NCBI GenBank assembly: GCA_038205305.1
Contig: JBBRBZ010000003.1
Span: 440 to 64,439 of the forward strand
Direction: 5' to 3'
From: Gemmatimonadales bacterium
GTDB taxonomy: Bacteria > Gemmatimonadota > Gemmatimonadetes > Gemmatimonadales > GWC2-71-9
DNA: 64,000 bases
This document shows positions 39,418 through 53,405 of the stretch, piece after piece. The first letter of the stretch is position 1. Each line of letters starts with the position of its first letter. Position numbers and translations under genes: made by a program. The notes beneath the pieces were generated by a model. The model worked only from the letters and a program-made list of their open reading frames with translations. It was not told the DNA's origin and ran no database searches.

Positions 39418-40748
39418 TCATCCGATCATCGTTTCGAGCTCGGCTCGCACCAGTGTCTCCAGCCTCTCGCGGATGCCCGCATCCGTGATCTCGGCCAGCA
39501 CCTCGGCCGTGAAGGCCCAGATCAGCAGACCCTCTGCGACTCGACCGGCGATCCCGCGGGTCTTGAGATAGTAGCGCTGCTGTTCGTCCACCTTGCCGAT
39601 CGTGGCGCCGTGGGTGCAACGAACATCATCGGCAAAGATTTCGAGTTGGGGTTTGGTGTCGACCTTCGCGGTGTCGGAGAGGAGCAGGTTTCGGTTGGTC
39701 TGCTTCGCGTCGGTCTTCTGCGCGATGGGCTGCACAATGACCTTGCCGTTGAACACGGCGTGCGCGCGATCGGTCAGGACGCCCTTGTACACTTCCCACG
39801 AATTGCCGTTGGGCTGATCGTGGAAGATGGCGGTGTGGTTGTCGAGCAGTTGCTCGTCGCGGCCGAGGTAGAGCCCGTACAGGAGCGTCTCGACGTTCTC
39901 GGCACTGAGTCGGGCGCGAAGGTCGTGTCGCGAGAGCTTGGCACCAAGCGCCAGGGTAAAGGAGCGGTAGTGCGAATCGCGCTGCTGGGAAACCTCGGTG
40001 AGTCCGATGTGCCAGGCCGCCTTCGCCTCGCGCTGGACTCGGAGATGCTCGAAGCGCGCGTTGGCGCCGAGAACGATCTCGGTGACGCCATTGGTGAAGT
40101 AGTGCGTCCCACCGATGGCCGCGAAACTCTCCACCACCGACGCCCGCGCGCCACCATCGAGAAGGAAGAGGTTGCGGGGCGCGAGCAGCGCCGAGCCGCC
40201 GGTGCTGACATTGAGCAGTTGGATCGGCGAGTCGATGGCGGTGTTCGCCGGGAGGTGGAGAAAGAGGCCATCGGTGAAGAGGGCGCCGTTCAGCGCCACG
40301 AACGGGGTTGTCTCGATCGCGGCGTGTTGTCCAAGCTGAGCCTCCACCTCGGGCACACCCTCGGCGATCGCCGCCGCGAGCGACATCAGGCGCGCGCCAG
40401 CGGGAAGCAACGGGATGCGCGACAGCGCGGGATTGAAGCGACCATCCACCAGCACGATGAGCGCACTGCGTTCATCGCCGAGGAGGAACGGCTTCAGCGC
40501 CTCGGCCGTGACGCCGCCCGAAACCATGGCGGTCGCGAACGATTCGCGGGCGAGCCCGAGCACCGGTGTAAAGCGCCAATCCTCGTCACGCGAGGTGGGC
40601 AGACCCACCACGGCATATCGCTGCGCCGCCCGACGCCGAAACCCCGCCAGCCACTCCGGCGCCGCGCCCCGCGCGCGTTCGGCCATGAAGTCGGCGAACG
40701 GCACCGACGGCTGGTCGTTGCCGACGCGAGTGGGCATGGTGGCCGTGG

Positions 40749-40752
<4 letters not shown>
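39418..40752 (-). CDS. sufD: Fe-S cluster assembly protein SufD
   Basis: Start at MTTATMPTR; the ATG overlaps the sufC stop (ATGA). C-terminal beta-helix motifs NGKVIVQPIAQKTDAKQTNRNLLLSD, PQLEIFADDVRCTHGATIG, YYLKTRGI. Confidence 0.9.
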
Positions 40753-41516
<764 letters not shown>

Positions 41517-41534
41517 TGATTCAGTTCCTTTAAT

Positions 41535-41603
41535 GGAGAACAGAGAACAGAGAACGGAGAACGGATGGTCCGGGTCGCCCCGTTCTCCGTTCTCCGTTCT
41601 CCG

Positions 41604-41607
<4 letters not shown>
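41535..41607. repeat. Inverted heptamer-array element, GGAGAAC type, about 5+4 units, between sufB and sufC
   Basis: Left arm is GGAGAAC AGAGAAC AGAGAAC GGAGAAC GGATGGT. Loop is about 10 nt. Right arm is CCGTTCT x3 then CCGTCAT, whose TCA is the complement of the sufB stop codon. Confidence 0.9.
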
Positions 41608-43033
<1,426 letters not shown>

Positions 43034-43037
<4 letters not shown>

Positions 43038-43717
43038 TGGTCCTCCCCGGCCGTCGGCGACGTCGGAACGAGATAACTGCAGGTGCCGCAACCATCGGCG
43101 ATGCGGGACTGCCGTGCCACCGGCCCGCGAAAAACCTGGATGAGGAAGCTCTCCTCGGCGGCACAGATTTCCGGAAACCGCTCGGCGACGAGCTGATGGG
43201 GGCAGTTGTGCTCCGTGAGCATCCCGCCGCTCTCCGCCCCCGACCACGTGGCCATGTACCCCTCGGCGGCCAGCATCCGGGCCACCGCCTCGCCCCGGCG
43301 TGCGGGCGGGAGGTGCGCCGTCTCGGCGACGATCCGCTGCTGGAGGGCCCGGTAGTGACTCTCGAGGAGGGAAACGGCCATGGCGCGGCCCTGACTTGCC
43401 ACCACGTGGTCGAGGAGGTCAGCTACGGTCTGCTCGTAGCGGTCGGGGAAGAGGGCCTGGCCTTCCGGGGAGAGTCGCCAGGCATGGGACGGCGCCCCGA
43501 CCCCGTGGTGGGTCCGGTCGAAAGTAACTACGCCGTCGGCCTCTAACTCCTTGATATGATGGCGGATAGCTGTGATGGAGTAGCCCAGTGCCACGGCCAG
43601 TTCCCGCACGGTTGCCTTCCCTTCCCGCTTCAGGTGAAGCAGTAACTCGGCACGCGGCCCCCGGTGTCCAGCTGGGGCAGCGAAATCGTCGTGGCGGGAA
43701 TGCGGTAAGGCGTGCAT
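43034..43717 (-). CDS. sufR: SufR-like winged-helix transcriptional regulator with C-terminal Cys cluster
   Basis: HTH region [32 protein letters not shown]. Four C-terminal cysteines (NCPH, EICAAE, DGCGTC). First gene of the suf operon. Confidence 0.7.
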
Positions 43718-43726
43718 GGTAGGCTA

Positions 43727-43755
43727 ATCCTATGAACCGGAAGGAGTTTTGTCAA
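43727..43755 (-). promoter_or_regulatory. Candidate sigma70-type promoter of the suf operon
   Basis: The reverse strand reads TTGACA (43755-43750), a 17-nt spacer, then TAGGAT (43732-43727). The -10 element ends 9 nt before the sufR ATG, which implies a near-leaderless transcript. Located in an AT-rich patch. Confidence 0.3.
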
Positions 43756-43866
43756 TTTGTACTAAGAATTTGGCGTTAAGTGTCAGGCGAAGCTCCTCGC
43801 CACCTTTCCGAGGGGGGCATGCGTACCTTCCCTGACGCTTCCTCTCAACCTCATCAGGATCGACCG

Positions 43867-44268
43867 ATGACCCACCGCTGGCTCCTCCGCGCCCTTGCCC
43901 TGCCCCTCCTGGTGTCGCCCCTCGCGGCGCAGCAGACTGACACGGCAGCCACAATGGCTTCAGGCAAGTACACCATCGAGGCGCGGGATACGGCCAAGGC
44001 CTTCCCGCCGATTCCCTTCGAGCTCAAGGGGAACGGCAACTGGGTCATCACGATGGACGGGGGGACCTTCAGTGGAACGTTGAAGTTCAAGGACGGGACT
44101 GTCACCTATTCGGATCAGGGCTGTCTGGATGACTCCAACAACCAGCGTCCGGGGAGCTACGCCCTCCGGACCGATCGCGGCGGCTATTGGTTCGCCCTGC
44201 GGTCCGATCCGTGTGAGGGGCGAGGCCTGTCGCTGGCCGAGTGGCTCTTCCGACCGGCGAAGAAGTAG
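43867..44268 (+). CDS. Small secreted hypothetical protein
   Basis: Start at MTHRWLLRALALPLLVSPLAAQ (signal peptide). 133 aa with two Cys (DQGCLDD, DPCEG). No family recognised. Confidence 0.6.
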   Translation: MTHRWLLRALALPLLVSPLAAQQTDTAATMASGKYTIEARDTAKAFPPIPFELKGNGNWVITMDGGTFSGTLKFKDGTVTYSDQGCLDDSNNQRPGSYALRTDRGGYWFALRSDPCEGRGLSLAEWLFRPAKK

Positions 44269-44273
44269 TCCCC

Positions 44274-46427
44274 TCAGAACCACTTGCCGACGCGGAGCAG
44301 CAGCGCTCCGCGATCGGCGCTGTTCCAACCGTACTCAATGCGCGCCGGACCGAGCGGTGTTGGGCTCTCCACCCCGACGCGAAGCCCCATCTGCCACGCA
44401 CCCGGACCAAAGAGGCTTGACCGCACTTCGATTCCTCGGGGCATGGCGAGGGCGCTGTCCAACGCGCCGGTGGAGAAGACCGCGCGACCGATCGCACCGG
44501 TGAGCTTGAAGCGGAGCTGCCCCACAATGCGGTGCGAGAGCGCCAGTGAGGTAAACGCCTCGCGATCGCCGCGATGTTCGCCGATATGGAATCCTGGAAA
44601 TCCCTGATCACCACCAAGCGCGAAGCTCTGTCCTGTGGGCAGGGTCGCCCCTGCCCCGAGACGGAGCCGATGTTCGAGCTCAATTCCGTGCAGCTCGAGA
44701 TGCACCAAGGTCTCGAATGCGGCGCGCCAGTACTGATTGGTCCACGCCAGGTCCAGCCGCGCGAGGTCGGCGTGATCGATGCCGACCTTTTCGAGTGAGA
44801 GGGTGGGACCCACCGCCTCACGACTTCGCGGCGCACGTGTGTCGAAGGCGAGCTCGTTCCAGATGCGCGCCTCACCGCCAGCGATCAGGTGCACCGACGC
44901 ACCGAGGTCCCGTTCGATGCCGGCCATCGCCGCCACGTCGCGATAGCGATCGGCCTCGAGCTCCACACCGTCCGGAGCGAACTCACGGATCTGTTCCCCC
45001 ACCAGATTGAGACGGAACACGGGGGAGAGCGTCGGATGTCCGAGCAGTGACTGGCGTCGAATGCCAAGGTCGAGATTGCTGTTGTAGCGGCTGAGGGTAA
45101 GCACTGCGGAGGCCTCGCCGCGAATGATCGGCGCGCGACGATCGAGCAGGCCGAGCCACGCGCGGCCGCCAAGCTCCTGATCGTACGCCAGCCCAATTCC
45201 CGCACTGCGCCTGGGAAGGGACCGCACCGTGGGGTGAAAGGTGACGGAGTCCCCGGTGCCAGTCGGGACGAGCCACATCTCCCGAAAAACCTCCCGACGA
45301 CCGAAGGCGAAGAGCCGCTGCTGCAACGCGTGCAGATCGAGCTCGGCGCCCGGCGTGAGGAACAGGGCGCGGGTGAGCAGCCGGGTGGCGTCACTGTCCC
45401 GCGCCGACGTTGCCACGCCGACGATCACCCTTGGCAGAACGCCCACCGCCGACACGCGCATAGCGGGTCGACCCTCGGGGCGACACGACCAGCTCGCGAG
45501 CATGCGCCGACCCGCCGCGCGACCGAGCTGCAGCAGCGAATCGACAGAGTGGGCCGAGAAGTCGAGCGAGGCGAAGCCGTCTACGTCGACACGGACGTAG
45601 AGATCTTCATCGGCAAGCGAGTCGGCGGGCTGTCGGAACAACCAATTGACGACCCGATCCGCCACGACGAGAGACGACTCGAGATTGAGGGTGTCGGTAG
45701 GTCGCGCCGTGACATCACTGACGATGACATGCGCGGCACCGGCCGAGCGTGCGACACCAATGGGGATGTTGGCGGACAGCCCACCGTCGATCAGGACGCG
45801 GTGGCCAATGCGTTCCGGGGCAAAGACCAGCGGAATCGCGATGCTGGCCCGGACAGCCTGCGCCAGATCGCCCTTGTCGAGCACCACCACGCTGCGGTCA
45901 CGCAGATCGGTGGCGACCACGCGCAACGGAATGGGCAGTCGATTGAAATCACCACGGGCGAGCAGGTTGGCACGCAACAGCGCAACATTGAGCGGCCCGT
46001 TGGCATCCGACTGCCGCAGCGCCGAGCTCTGGACTGTGAAACCCCCGGTGCCCTCTTCCCAGATCACCAGCGGCAGCCGGGTACCCCACGCCACCGGACC
46101 GTGCAACTCACCGGGCGTGGTCACCTGGGCAATCGCCAGCGCCCGGGTGAGTGAATCGATCGCCCGTCCCGTGAGGCCGGAGGCGTAGAGCGCCCCGACG
46201 ATCGCACCCATCGAGGTGCCGACGACGAGATCGGGACGCACCCCGGCCGAGTCGAGCATCTCAATCACACCGATGTGGGCGAGCCCCTTGGCTCCGCCGC
46301 CACTGAGCACGAGTGCGGTCGGACCCGGGCGACAGGCCGGCGCCCCCCCCTGCCCGGGGAGTGGCGCACTCGCCGACAACACGAGGAGGGTGGTGACACC
46401 GAACGCGAGGAACGGGCGCGAAACCAT
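44274..46427 (-). CDS. Patatin-like phospholipase fused to Omp85/surface-antigen beta-barrel (PlpD-like, type Vd autotransporter architecture)
   Basis: Start at [21 protein letters not shown]. Patatin motifs [19 protein letters not shown] (GxSxG), DGG. The C-terminal half is alternating beta-strands ending in LLRVGKWF. Confidence 0.85.
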   Translation of the reverse strand: MVSRPFLAFGVTTLLVLSASAPLPGQGGAPACRPGPTALVLSGGGAKGLAHIGVIEMLDSAGVRPDLVVGTSMGAIVGALYASGLTGRAIDSLTRALAIAQVTTPGELHGPVAWGTRLPLVIWEEGTGGFTVQSSALRQSDANGPLNVALLRANLLARGDFNRLPIPLRVVATDLRDRSVVVLDKGDLAQAVRASIAIPLVFAPERIGHRVLIDGGLSANIPIGVARSAGAAHVIVSDVTARPTDTLNLESSLVVADRVVNWLFRQPADSLADEDLYVRVDVDGFASLDFSAHSVDSLLQLGRAAGRRMLASWSCRPEGRPAMRVSAVGVLPRVIVGVATSARDSDATRLLTRALFLTPGAELDLHALQQRLFAFGRREVFREMWLVPTGTGDSVTFHPTVRSLPRRSAGIGLAYDQELGGRAWLGLLDRRAPIIRGEASAVLTLSRYNSNLDLGIRRQSLLGHPTLSPVFRLNLVGEQIREFAPDGVELEADRYRDVAAMAGIERDLGASVHLIAGGEARIWNELAFDTRAPRSREAVGPTLSLEKVGIDHADLARLDLAWTNQYWRAAFETLVHLELHGIELEHRLRLGAGATLPTGQSFALGGDQGFPGFHIGEHRGDREAFTSLALSHRIVGQLRFKLTGAIGRAVFSTGALDSALAMPRGIEVRSSLFGPGAWQMGLRVGVESPTPLGPARIEYGWNSADRGALLLRVGKWF

Positions 46428-46618
46428 CTCGAAAACGTAACGTGCCGACCGTCCAGGGCCCCCACCCTTCCCTGATTCGCTGCCGCGGGGCTTGCGCACA
46501 CCGGGGGATCGTTCCTACTCTCTCCCGTCGCCGAATTTCCCCCGCTCGGCTCAACAGCGGCGACCGGATCGCTTCGCCCCGATGGTGGGCACGGCGACCA
46601 CACTGCAAGGAGTGAACG

Positions 46619-46882
46619 ATGCCGTACGTGATCACCGAGGCGTGCATTGGCGTGAAGGATCGCGCGTGCGTTGATGTGTGCCCTGTCGATTGCATCTACG
46701 AAGGGGAGAATCAGCTCTTCATTCACCCCGACGAGTGCATCGATTGTGGTGCATGTGAACCGGAGTGCCCGGTGAACGCCATCTTCCCTGAGGAAGACGT
46801 CCCAGATGGGCTGCGGCCGTTCATCGCCCTGAACCGCGACGTGTTCGATTCCGACACCCCGCCGGGTCGGCCCCAGAAGTAG
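46619..46882 (+). CDS. fdxA: 7Fe-type ferredoxin (3Fe-4S plus 4Fe-4S)
   Basis: AAGGAG 6 nt upstream. [29 protein letters not shown]...[20 protein letters not shown]. Confidence 0.95.
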   Translation: MPYVITEACIGVKDRACVDVCPVDCIYEGENQLFIHPDECIDCGACEPECPVNAIFPEEDVPDGLRPFIALNRDVFDSDTPPGRPQK

Positions 46883-46908
46883 GACGGGTCGTGGCCGGAG
46901 AAATACTC

Positions 46909-46936
46909 GGGCGCTCCGTACCTTCACGGAGCGCCC
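46909..46936 (+). terminator. Hairpin downstream of ferredoxin gene
   Basis: GGGCGCTCCGT-ACCTTC-ACGGAGCGCCC, a perfect 11-bp stem. The trailing sequence GTTCTGCTCC is only weakly U-rich. Confidence 0.55.
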
Positions 46937-47165
46937 GTTCTGCTCCAAAGAGGAGCGCTCACCGCCCACGACCAGTTGGTCATGATGCCAGTGAGCGTCT
47001 CGGGTGGCAGGCTTTCTATTGCGTGTAAGCGGTGACAGAGGGAGAGGTTCTGTCGGCCCGCACAGCATATGACGTTTGACCATAGAAGTTGTTTCACACC
47101 GACGTCCCGGAGACCCTCTCGCCGGCCAACTACTTACGTTTCGCGGACCACCGATTGGAGCACCA

Positions 47166-47339
47166 ATGGCCCCCTCGACTGACTACATCCGCCACGCCGC
47201 CAAGCTGTCGAGAAAGCTCTCTCTCGATGCCTCGATGGGCACCCCCACCACCCCGGACGCCGAGTTCTACAAGACCCTGGCGAAGGCGCTGGAAGACATC
47301 GCCGATGGGCTCGAGTTCGCCAGCAAGCGGCGGGACTGA
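47166..47339 (+). CDS. Small hypothetical protein (57 aa) translationally coupled to rnd
   Basis: Start at MAPSTDYIRH with GGAG 6 nt upstream. The stop overlaps the rnd ATG (TGATG). No family recognised. Confidence 0.45.
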   Translation: MAPSTDYIRHAAKLSRKLSLDASMGTPTTPDAEFYKTLAKALEDIADGLEFASKRRD

Positions 47340-48472
47340 TGGACCTCCTCCTGATTGATCGTCCAGACTCCTTCCGGGAGCTGCTCGCCGCCGTGGCCGA
47401 CGAGGCGATCATCGCACTCGACACCGAGGCCGCCTCGTTTCACCACTACCACGACCGGGTCTACTTGGTCCAGCTCAGCTCCCCCTCGGTGACGGCAGTG
47501 ATCGATCCGCTGGTGGTGGGTGATCTCGCGCCGATTGGCGAGCTCCTCGCCGACCCGAAGGTGGAGAAGATCTTCCACGACGCCGATTACGATCTCCGGC
47601 TGCTGGACAAGCAGCACGGTTTCCGGGCCCGACACCTGTTCGACACCCGGATCGCCGCCCAATTCCTCAATGAACCGGGGATTGGCCTCGGCGCCCTGCT
47701 GGAGAAGTACTTCGGCGTCAAGGCTGACAAGCGTTTCCAGCGGGCAGATTGGTCGGCGCGGCCGCTCTCAGCGGAGATGCTTCATTATGCCTATGGCGAC
47801 ACACTAAACCTCTGTGAGTTGCGTACACTACTACTTAACCAACTCATTGCTATGGGAAGAGATAGCTGGGTTGCTGAGGAGTTTGCGCTGCTCGAGAATA
47901 CTCGCTGGACAGCTGGAGAGCTTGACCAGCAGACCAGCTACCTGGAACTGAAGGGCGCCAAGGCACTCGAACGCCGGGCGCTGGCGGTGCTGCGCGAGGT
48001 CTATTTCTGGCGCGAGACGACGGCGGCGGAACTGGATCGGGCCTCATTCCGGGTGATGGGGAATGAAGCGCTCTTCCTGCTGGCGACCCACCCAGTGACC
48101 ACCGAGGCAGAGCTCGCCAAGGTCCGGGGCGTGGGGCGGGAGGCGGTCTCGCGGTGGGGCAAGGAGCTTCTCGCCGCCATCGGGCGTGGGCTCGACGTCC
48201 CGGACGCGGAGCTGCCGAGGGTGGAGCGGCCGCCGCGCCGTGCCATCGACCCGGAATTTCTGGCACGGGTTGATCGCCTCAAGGCCGTGCGCAACGCGGC
48301 GGCCACCAGACTGGCGCTCGCCCCCGGCGTACTCTGTCCCAACGGCACCCTGGAAGCGATCGCCCGGACCGGGCCGAAGGGTGTCGAGGAACTCCTGGAC
48401 GTCCCGGGTGTTCGGAAGTGGCAGGCCGGCGCCATCGGGCCCGACCTGCTGGCCGCGCTGGCCCCAGTGTGA
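47339..48472 (+). CDS. rnd: Ribonuclease D (DEDDy 3'-5' exonuclease plus HRDC domain)
   Basis: IALDTEAASF, VYLVQLS, KIFHDADYDLRLL, HYAYGDT. HRDC-like region ALAVLREVYFWRE..AAELD and a second helical domain. Confidence 0.9.
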   Translation: MDLLLIDRPDSFRELLAAVADEAIIALDTEAASFHHYHDRVYLVQLSSPSVTAVIDPLVVGDLAPIGELLADPKVEKIFHDADYDLRLLDKQHGFRARHLFDTRIAAQFLNEPGIGLGALLEKYFGVKADKRFQRADWSARPLSAEMLHYAYGDTLNLCELRTLLLNQLIAMGRDSWVAEEFALLENTRWTAGELDQQTSYLELKGAKALERRALAVLREVYFWRETTAAELDRASFRVMGNEALFLLATHPVTTEAELAKVRGVGREAVSRWGKELLAAIGRGLDVPDAELPRVERPPRRAIDPEFLARVDRLKAVRNAAATRLALAPGVLCPNGTLEAIARTGPKGVEELLDVPGVRKWQAGAIGPDLLAALAPV

Positions 48473-48566
48473 TTGCCGACGGAGAAGAGCACGCGGCGAA
48501 CCGGTCGGCCCGGAATGGGGACCATTACGGTATCATTCGCAGACAGCAAGTGAGCGGGGGAGGGAA

Positions 48567-48869
48567 GTGGTGATTTCGGCGGAACTGGCGCGCAAGGCGC
48601 TCCGAGCAGTGAAAGACCCGGAACTCGGCCTGAATGTCATCGACATCGGGCTGATCTACGATATCGACGTCGACGAGGCTGGGGTGGTGCACGTCAAGAT
48701 GACGCTGACCTCACCGGGTTGCCCGTCGAGCGGCGAGATCATGGATGATATTCGTCAGACACTCGCCGACCTCGAAGGGGTGACGTCGGTTGATCTGGAG
48801 CTGGTGTGGGAGCCGTACTGGACGCCGGAGAAGATGGATCCAAGGGTACGGGCGTTTCTGGGGCATTAG
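48567..48869 (+). CDS. DUF59 / SufT-like metal-sulfur cluster assembly factor
   Basis: GTG at 48567 after GGGGGAGGGAA. VKDPELGLNVIDIGLIYDI, MTLTSPGCPSSGEI, VWEPYWTPEKM. Confidence 0.85.
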   Translation: MVISAELARKALRAVKDPELGLNVIDIGLIYDIDVDEAGVVHVKMTLTSPGCPSSGEIMDDIRQTLADLEGVTSVDLELVWEPYWTPEKMDPRVRAFLGH

Positions 48870-48908
48870 AGACGAGAGACGAGAGACGAGAGACGAGAGA
48901 CGAGAGAC
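48867..48908. repeat. Single-arm heptamer array TAGAGAC + (GAGAGAC)x5
   Basis: The first unit contains the TAG stop of the DUF59 gene. Exact reverse complement of the 23777-23818 array units. Confidence 0.95.
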
Positions 48909-48940
48909 GCGGGAAGCTACCAACTGCGTCGAAGGCTCAA

Positions 48941-48968
48941 GGGTGACCCGCGGAGGGTCGCCCTTTTT
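48941..48968 (+). terminator. Intrinsic terminator
   Basis: GGGTGACCC-GCGGA-GGGTCGCCC (9 bp with one G.U pair) followed by TTTTT. Lies between convergent genes ending at 48869 and 48973. Confidence 0.75.
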
Positions 48969-48972
48969 CACT

Positions 48973-50118
48973 TCACGCGCAACCACCAAGCGCGGCACGC
49001 ACCGCATCAGAGACCTGTGAGCGCACCAGCTTGAGCTGAGCGAAGGATTGCTTTGGTGCGCGCGGCGCATAGCTCCGATTGGTCAGAAAAATCACGAAGA
49101 GGTTCTGCGAGCGATCGAGCCAGAGCACCGTGCCGGTCCACCCGGTGTGGCCAATCGTGGTGGCTGTGGCGCACTGTCCGTACGCGGACAGGGCAGTGTC
49201 GCCGCTGGCGGGCGGGGTATCCCAGCCGAGGGCACGGGTGCCACTGGCAGGCTGGCGTTCGAGGAACTGGTCGAGCGTGCTCGGATCGAGCCAAGGCTTC
49301 GAGGCTCGAGTGGAATCGCGCAGCCAACCCTGGGCGAAGTGGGCGAGATCGATACCGGTGGAGAAGAGGCCGGCGTGCCCCGCGACGCCACCAAGCACAC
49401 GCGCGTTCTGATCGTTCACCACGCCGGCAACAGGCTTCCCCTTGAATACCGACGTAGGAACCACGTTGGGCTGATCGGTGGAACCGGGGCGGTAGCGCGT
49501 GGTGGACATGCCGAGCGGTTGGAAGATGGCCGAATCGGCGAAGGCATCGAGGCCCTCCCCCGACACCTTTTCGACGACGAGTCCGGCGAGCATCGCGTTG
49601 AGGTCACTGTAGAGCGGACTCTGTCCCGGTTCGCGCGACAACGGCACCTTGAAGAGCCGTTGCAATGCGCCGGGAATCGTGGTCGCTTCGCGGTAGAGCG
49701 GAGCGTACGGCGGCAGGCCACTGGTGTGGTCAAGCAGCATGCGTACGGTGACCTGGTCCTTGCCGGCACCGGAAAATTCAGGGACGTACGACGAGACCGG
49801 TGCATCGAGATCGAGGCGGCCCTCATCGACCAGCACCGCCGCCGCGGTGGTGGTGCCGACCACCTTGCTCACCGACGCGAGATCCCAGAGTGACGTGGCG
49901 GGATCGGGCACGCTCGACGTGCGACTCCACGTGAAGCGCCCGTACCCCTTGGAGTAGAGGATGGTATCGGCCCGACCCACCACGACGACGGCTCCGGGGT
50001 AGATGCCCTGTGCAATGCCGTGCTTCACCGCCGCATCAACGGCAGCGAACTCCTGGGCCGCGAGCGGCGGTGCCAAGAGAAACGCGAGCAGGGCAAGAGC
50101 GGCAGGGCGACGGGTCAT
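48973..50118 (-). CDS. Serine hydrolase, beta-lactamase/esterase family, secreted
   Basis: Start at MTRRPAALALLAFLLAPPLAAQ. SxxK motif SVSKVVGTT, YSDLN, HTGWTG. Confidence 0.85.
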   Translation of the reverse strand: MTRRPAALALLAFLLAPPLAAQEFAAVDAAVKHGIAQGIYPGAVVVVGRADTILYSKGYGRFTWSRTSSVPDPATSLWDLASVSKVVGTTTAAAVLVDEGRLDLDAPVSSYVPEFSGAGKDQVTVRMLLDHTSGLPPYAPLYREATTIPGALQRLFKVPLSREPGQSPLYSDLNAMLAGLVVEKVSGEGLDAFADSAIFQPLGMSTTRYRPGSTDQPNVVPTSVFKGKPVAGVVNDQNARVLGGVAGHAGLFSTGIDLAHFAQGWLRDSTRASKPWLDPSTLDQFLERQPASGTRALGWDTPPASGDTALSAYGQCATATTIGHTGWTGTVLWLDRSQNLFVIFLTNRSYAPRAPKQSFAQLKLVRSQVSDAVRAALGGCA

Positions 50119-50166
50119 GATGATTCGGGGCTGCAAGTTCGGGTCCAGAAAGGGCTTCCGTTGAGG

Positions 50167-50982
50167 CTACTGCTGCGGAACGTGGAGCGATCCGGTCGGG
50201 ACGGCATAGAGCAGTTGCAGGGTCGCCTGATCGCGTCGTGATGGAGACGACGCCAGCGTGCCGGGGAACATCAGGTCGTCGCGACGACCGGAGTGGGGCA
50301 GTCCGATGGCGTGACCCAGTTCGTGCGCCGCGACCCGCTGCCGGACCGATACCGGCAAATCGGTATGGTGCGCGCCTTCCTGCAGTGCGAGGGTAATGTC
50401 GGCGCCGTGAATCTCGCCGTCGGGACTCCAGTTCAGGTTGGTGACCCCGACTCGCGTGCTGTCGGGCAGCGCCACGACCCAGCGCACCCGGATGTCGGCG
50501 GAGTCGGGGCTCGTGACCTCCCGGAACCCAAGGCCTGCCGAATTGCCATCCCAACTGTGCATCCCGGCCCTGGCGTCGTCGAGGATCGACTCGCTCCACC
50601 CCGTCAGCGAGGTGTCGCGGACAAAGGCGACAGTAAGCGGGGCTCCGCTGCGATCGGCCCAGCGGACCACCATCGAGTCGGTGTTGGCCAGCAGGGAGTC
50701 GAGATAGACCGCCTCGCCCTCGCGGGCAATCCGGCGACGGATGGCGAGTCTTGCCAGCAGGTCGAGGGTGGGCGTGCCTCCCGACGGCGCGTCGATCCCA
50801 GGCAACGGGCCCAGTTGCCGGGGTGGCGGCGCCGCGGCGGACCCCCCGGAGTGCGGGGCCGCCGGTGGCGGGGCGACCGGCGCCGAAGCGGGGGGGCCGT
50901 GCCGGCGGAGGGCATCGAAGCCGACGAGAGCGGCGAAGAGACCGACGACGATGAGAAGCGGGCGACTGTTCATGGATTCCAC
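50167..50982 (-). CDS. Matrixin-like (M10, metzincin) zinc metalloprotease
   Basis: N-terminal TM/signal MESMNSRPLLIVVGLFAALVG. Zinc motif HELGHAIGLPHS followed by DLMFP (Met-turn). Confidence 0.85.
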   Translation of the reverse strand: MESMNSRPLLIVVGLFAALVGFDALRRHGPPASAPVAPPPAAPHSGGSAAAPPPRQLGPLPGIDAPSGGTPTLDLLARLAIRRRIAREGEAVYLDSLLANTDSMVVRWADRSGAPLTVAFVRDTSLTGWSESILDDARAGMHSWDGNSAGLGFREVTSPDSADIRVRWVVALPDSTRVGVTNLNWSPDGEIHGADITLALQEGAHHTDLPVSVRQRVAAHELGHAIGLPHSGRRDDLMFPGTLASSPSRRDQATLQLLYAVPTGSLHVPQQ

Positions 50983-51054
50983 TATCGGTTCAAGTTGGCC
51001 GGGATTGCGACCTTACGCTAGCGCCCGGGGGGGGTCGTTCCCTACCATTGTGCC

Positions 51055-53404
<2,350 letters not shown>

Positions 53405-53405
<1 letters not shown>

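Noticed and set aside
46265-47083. 272-aa minus-strand ORF covering the ferredoxin gene
   Set aside because: The plus-strand ferredoxin has a canonical RBS and the full CxxCxxCxxxCP cluster motifs. The antisense ORF has no recognisable features.
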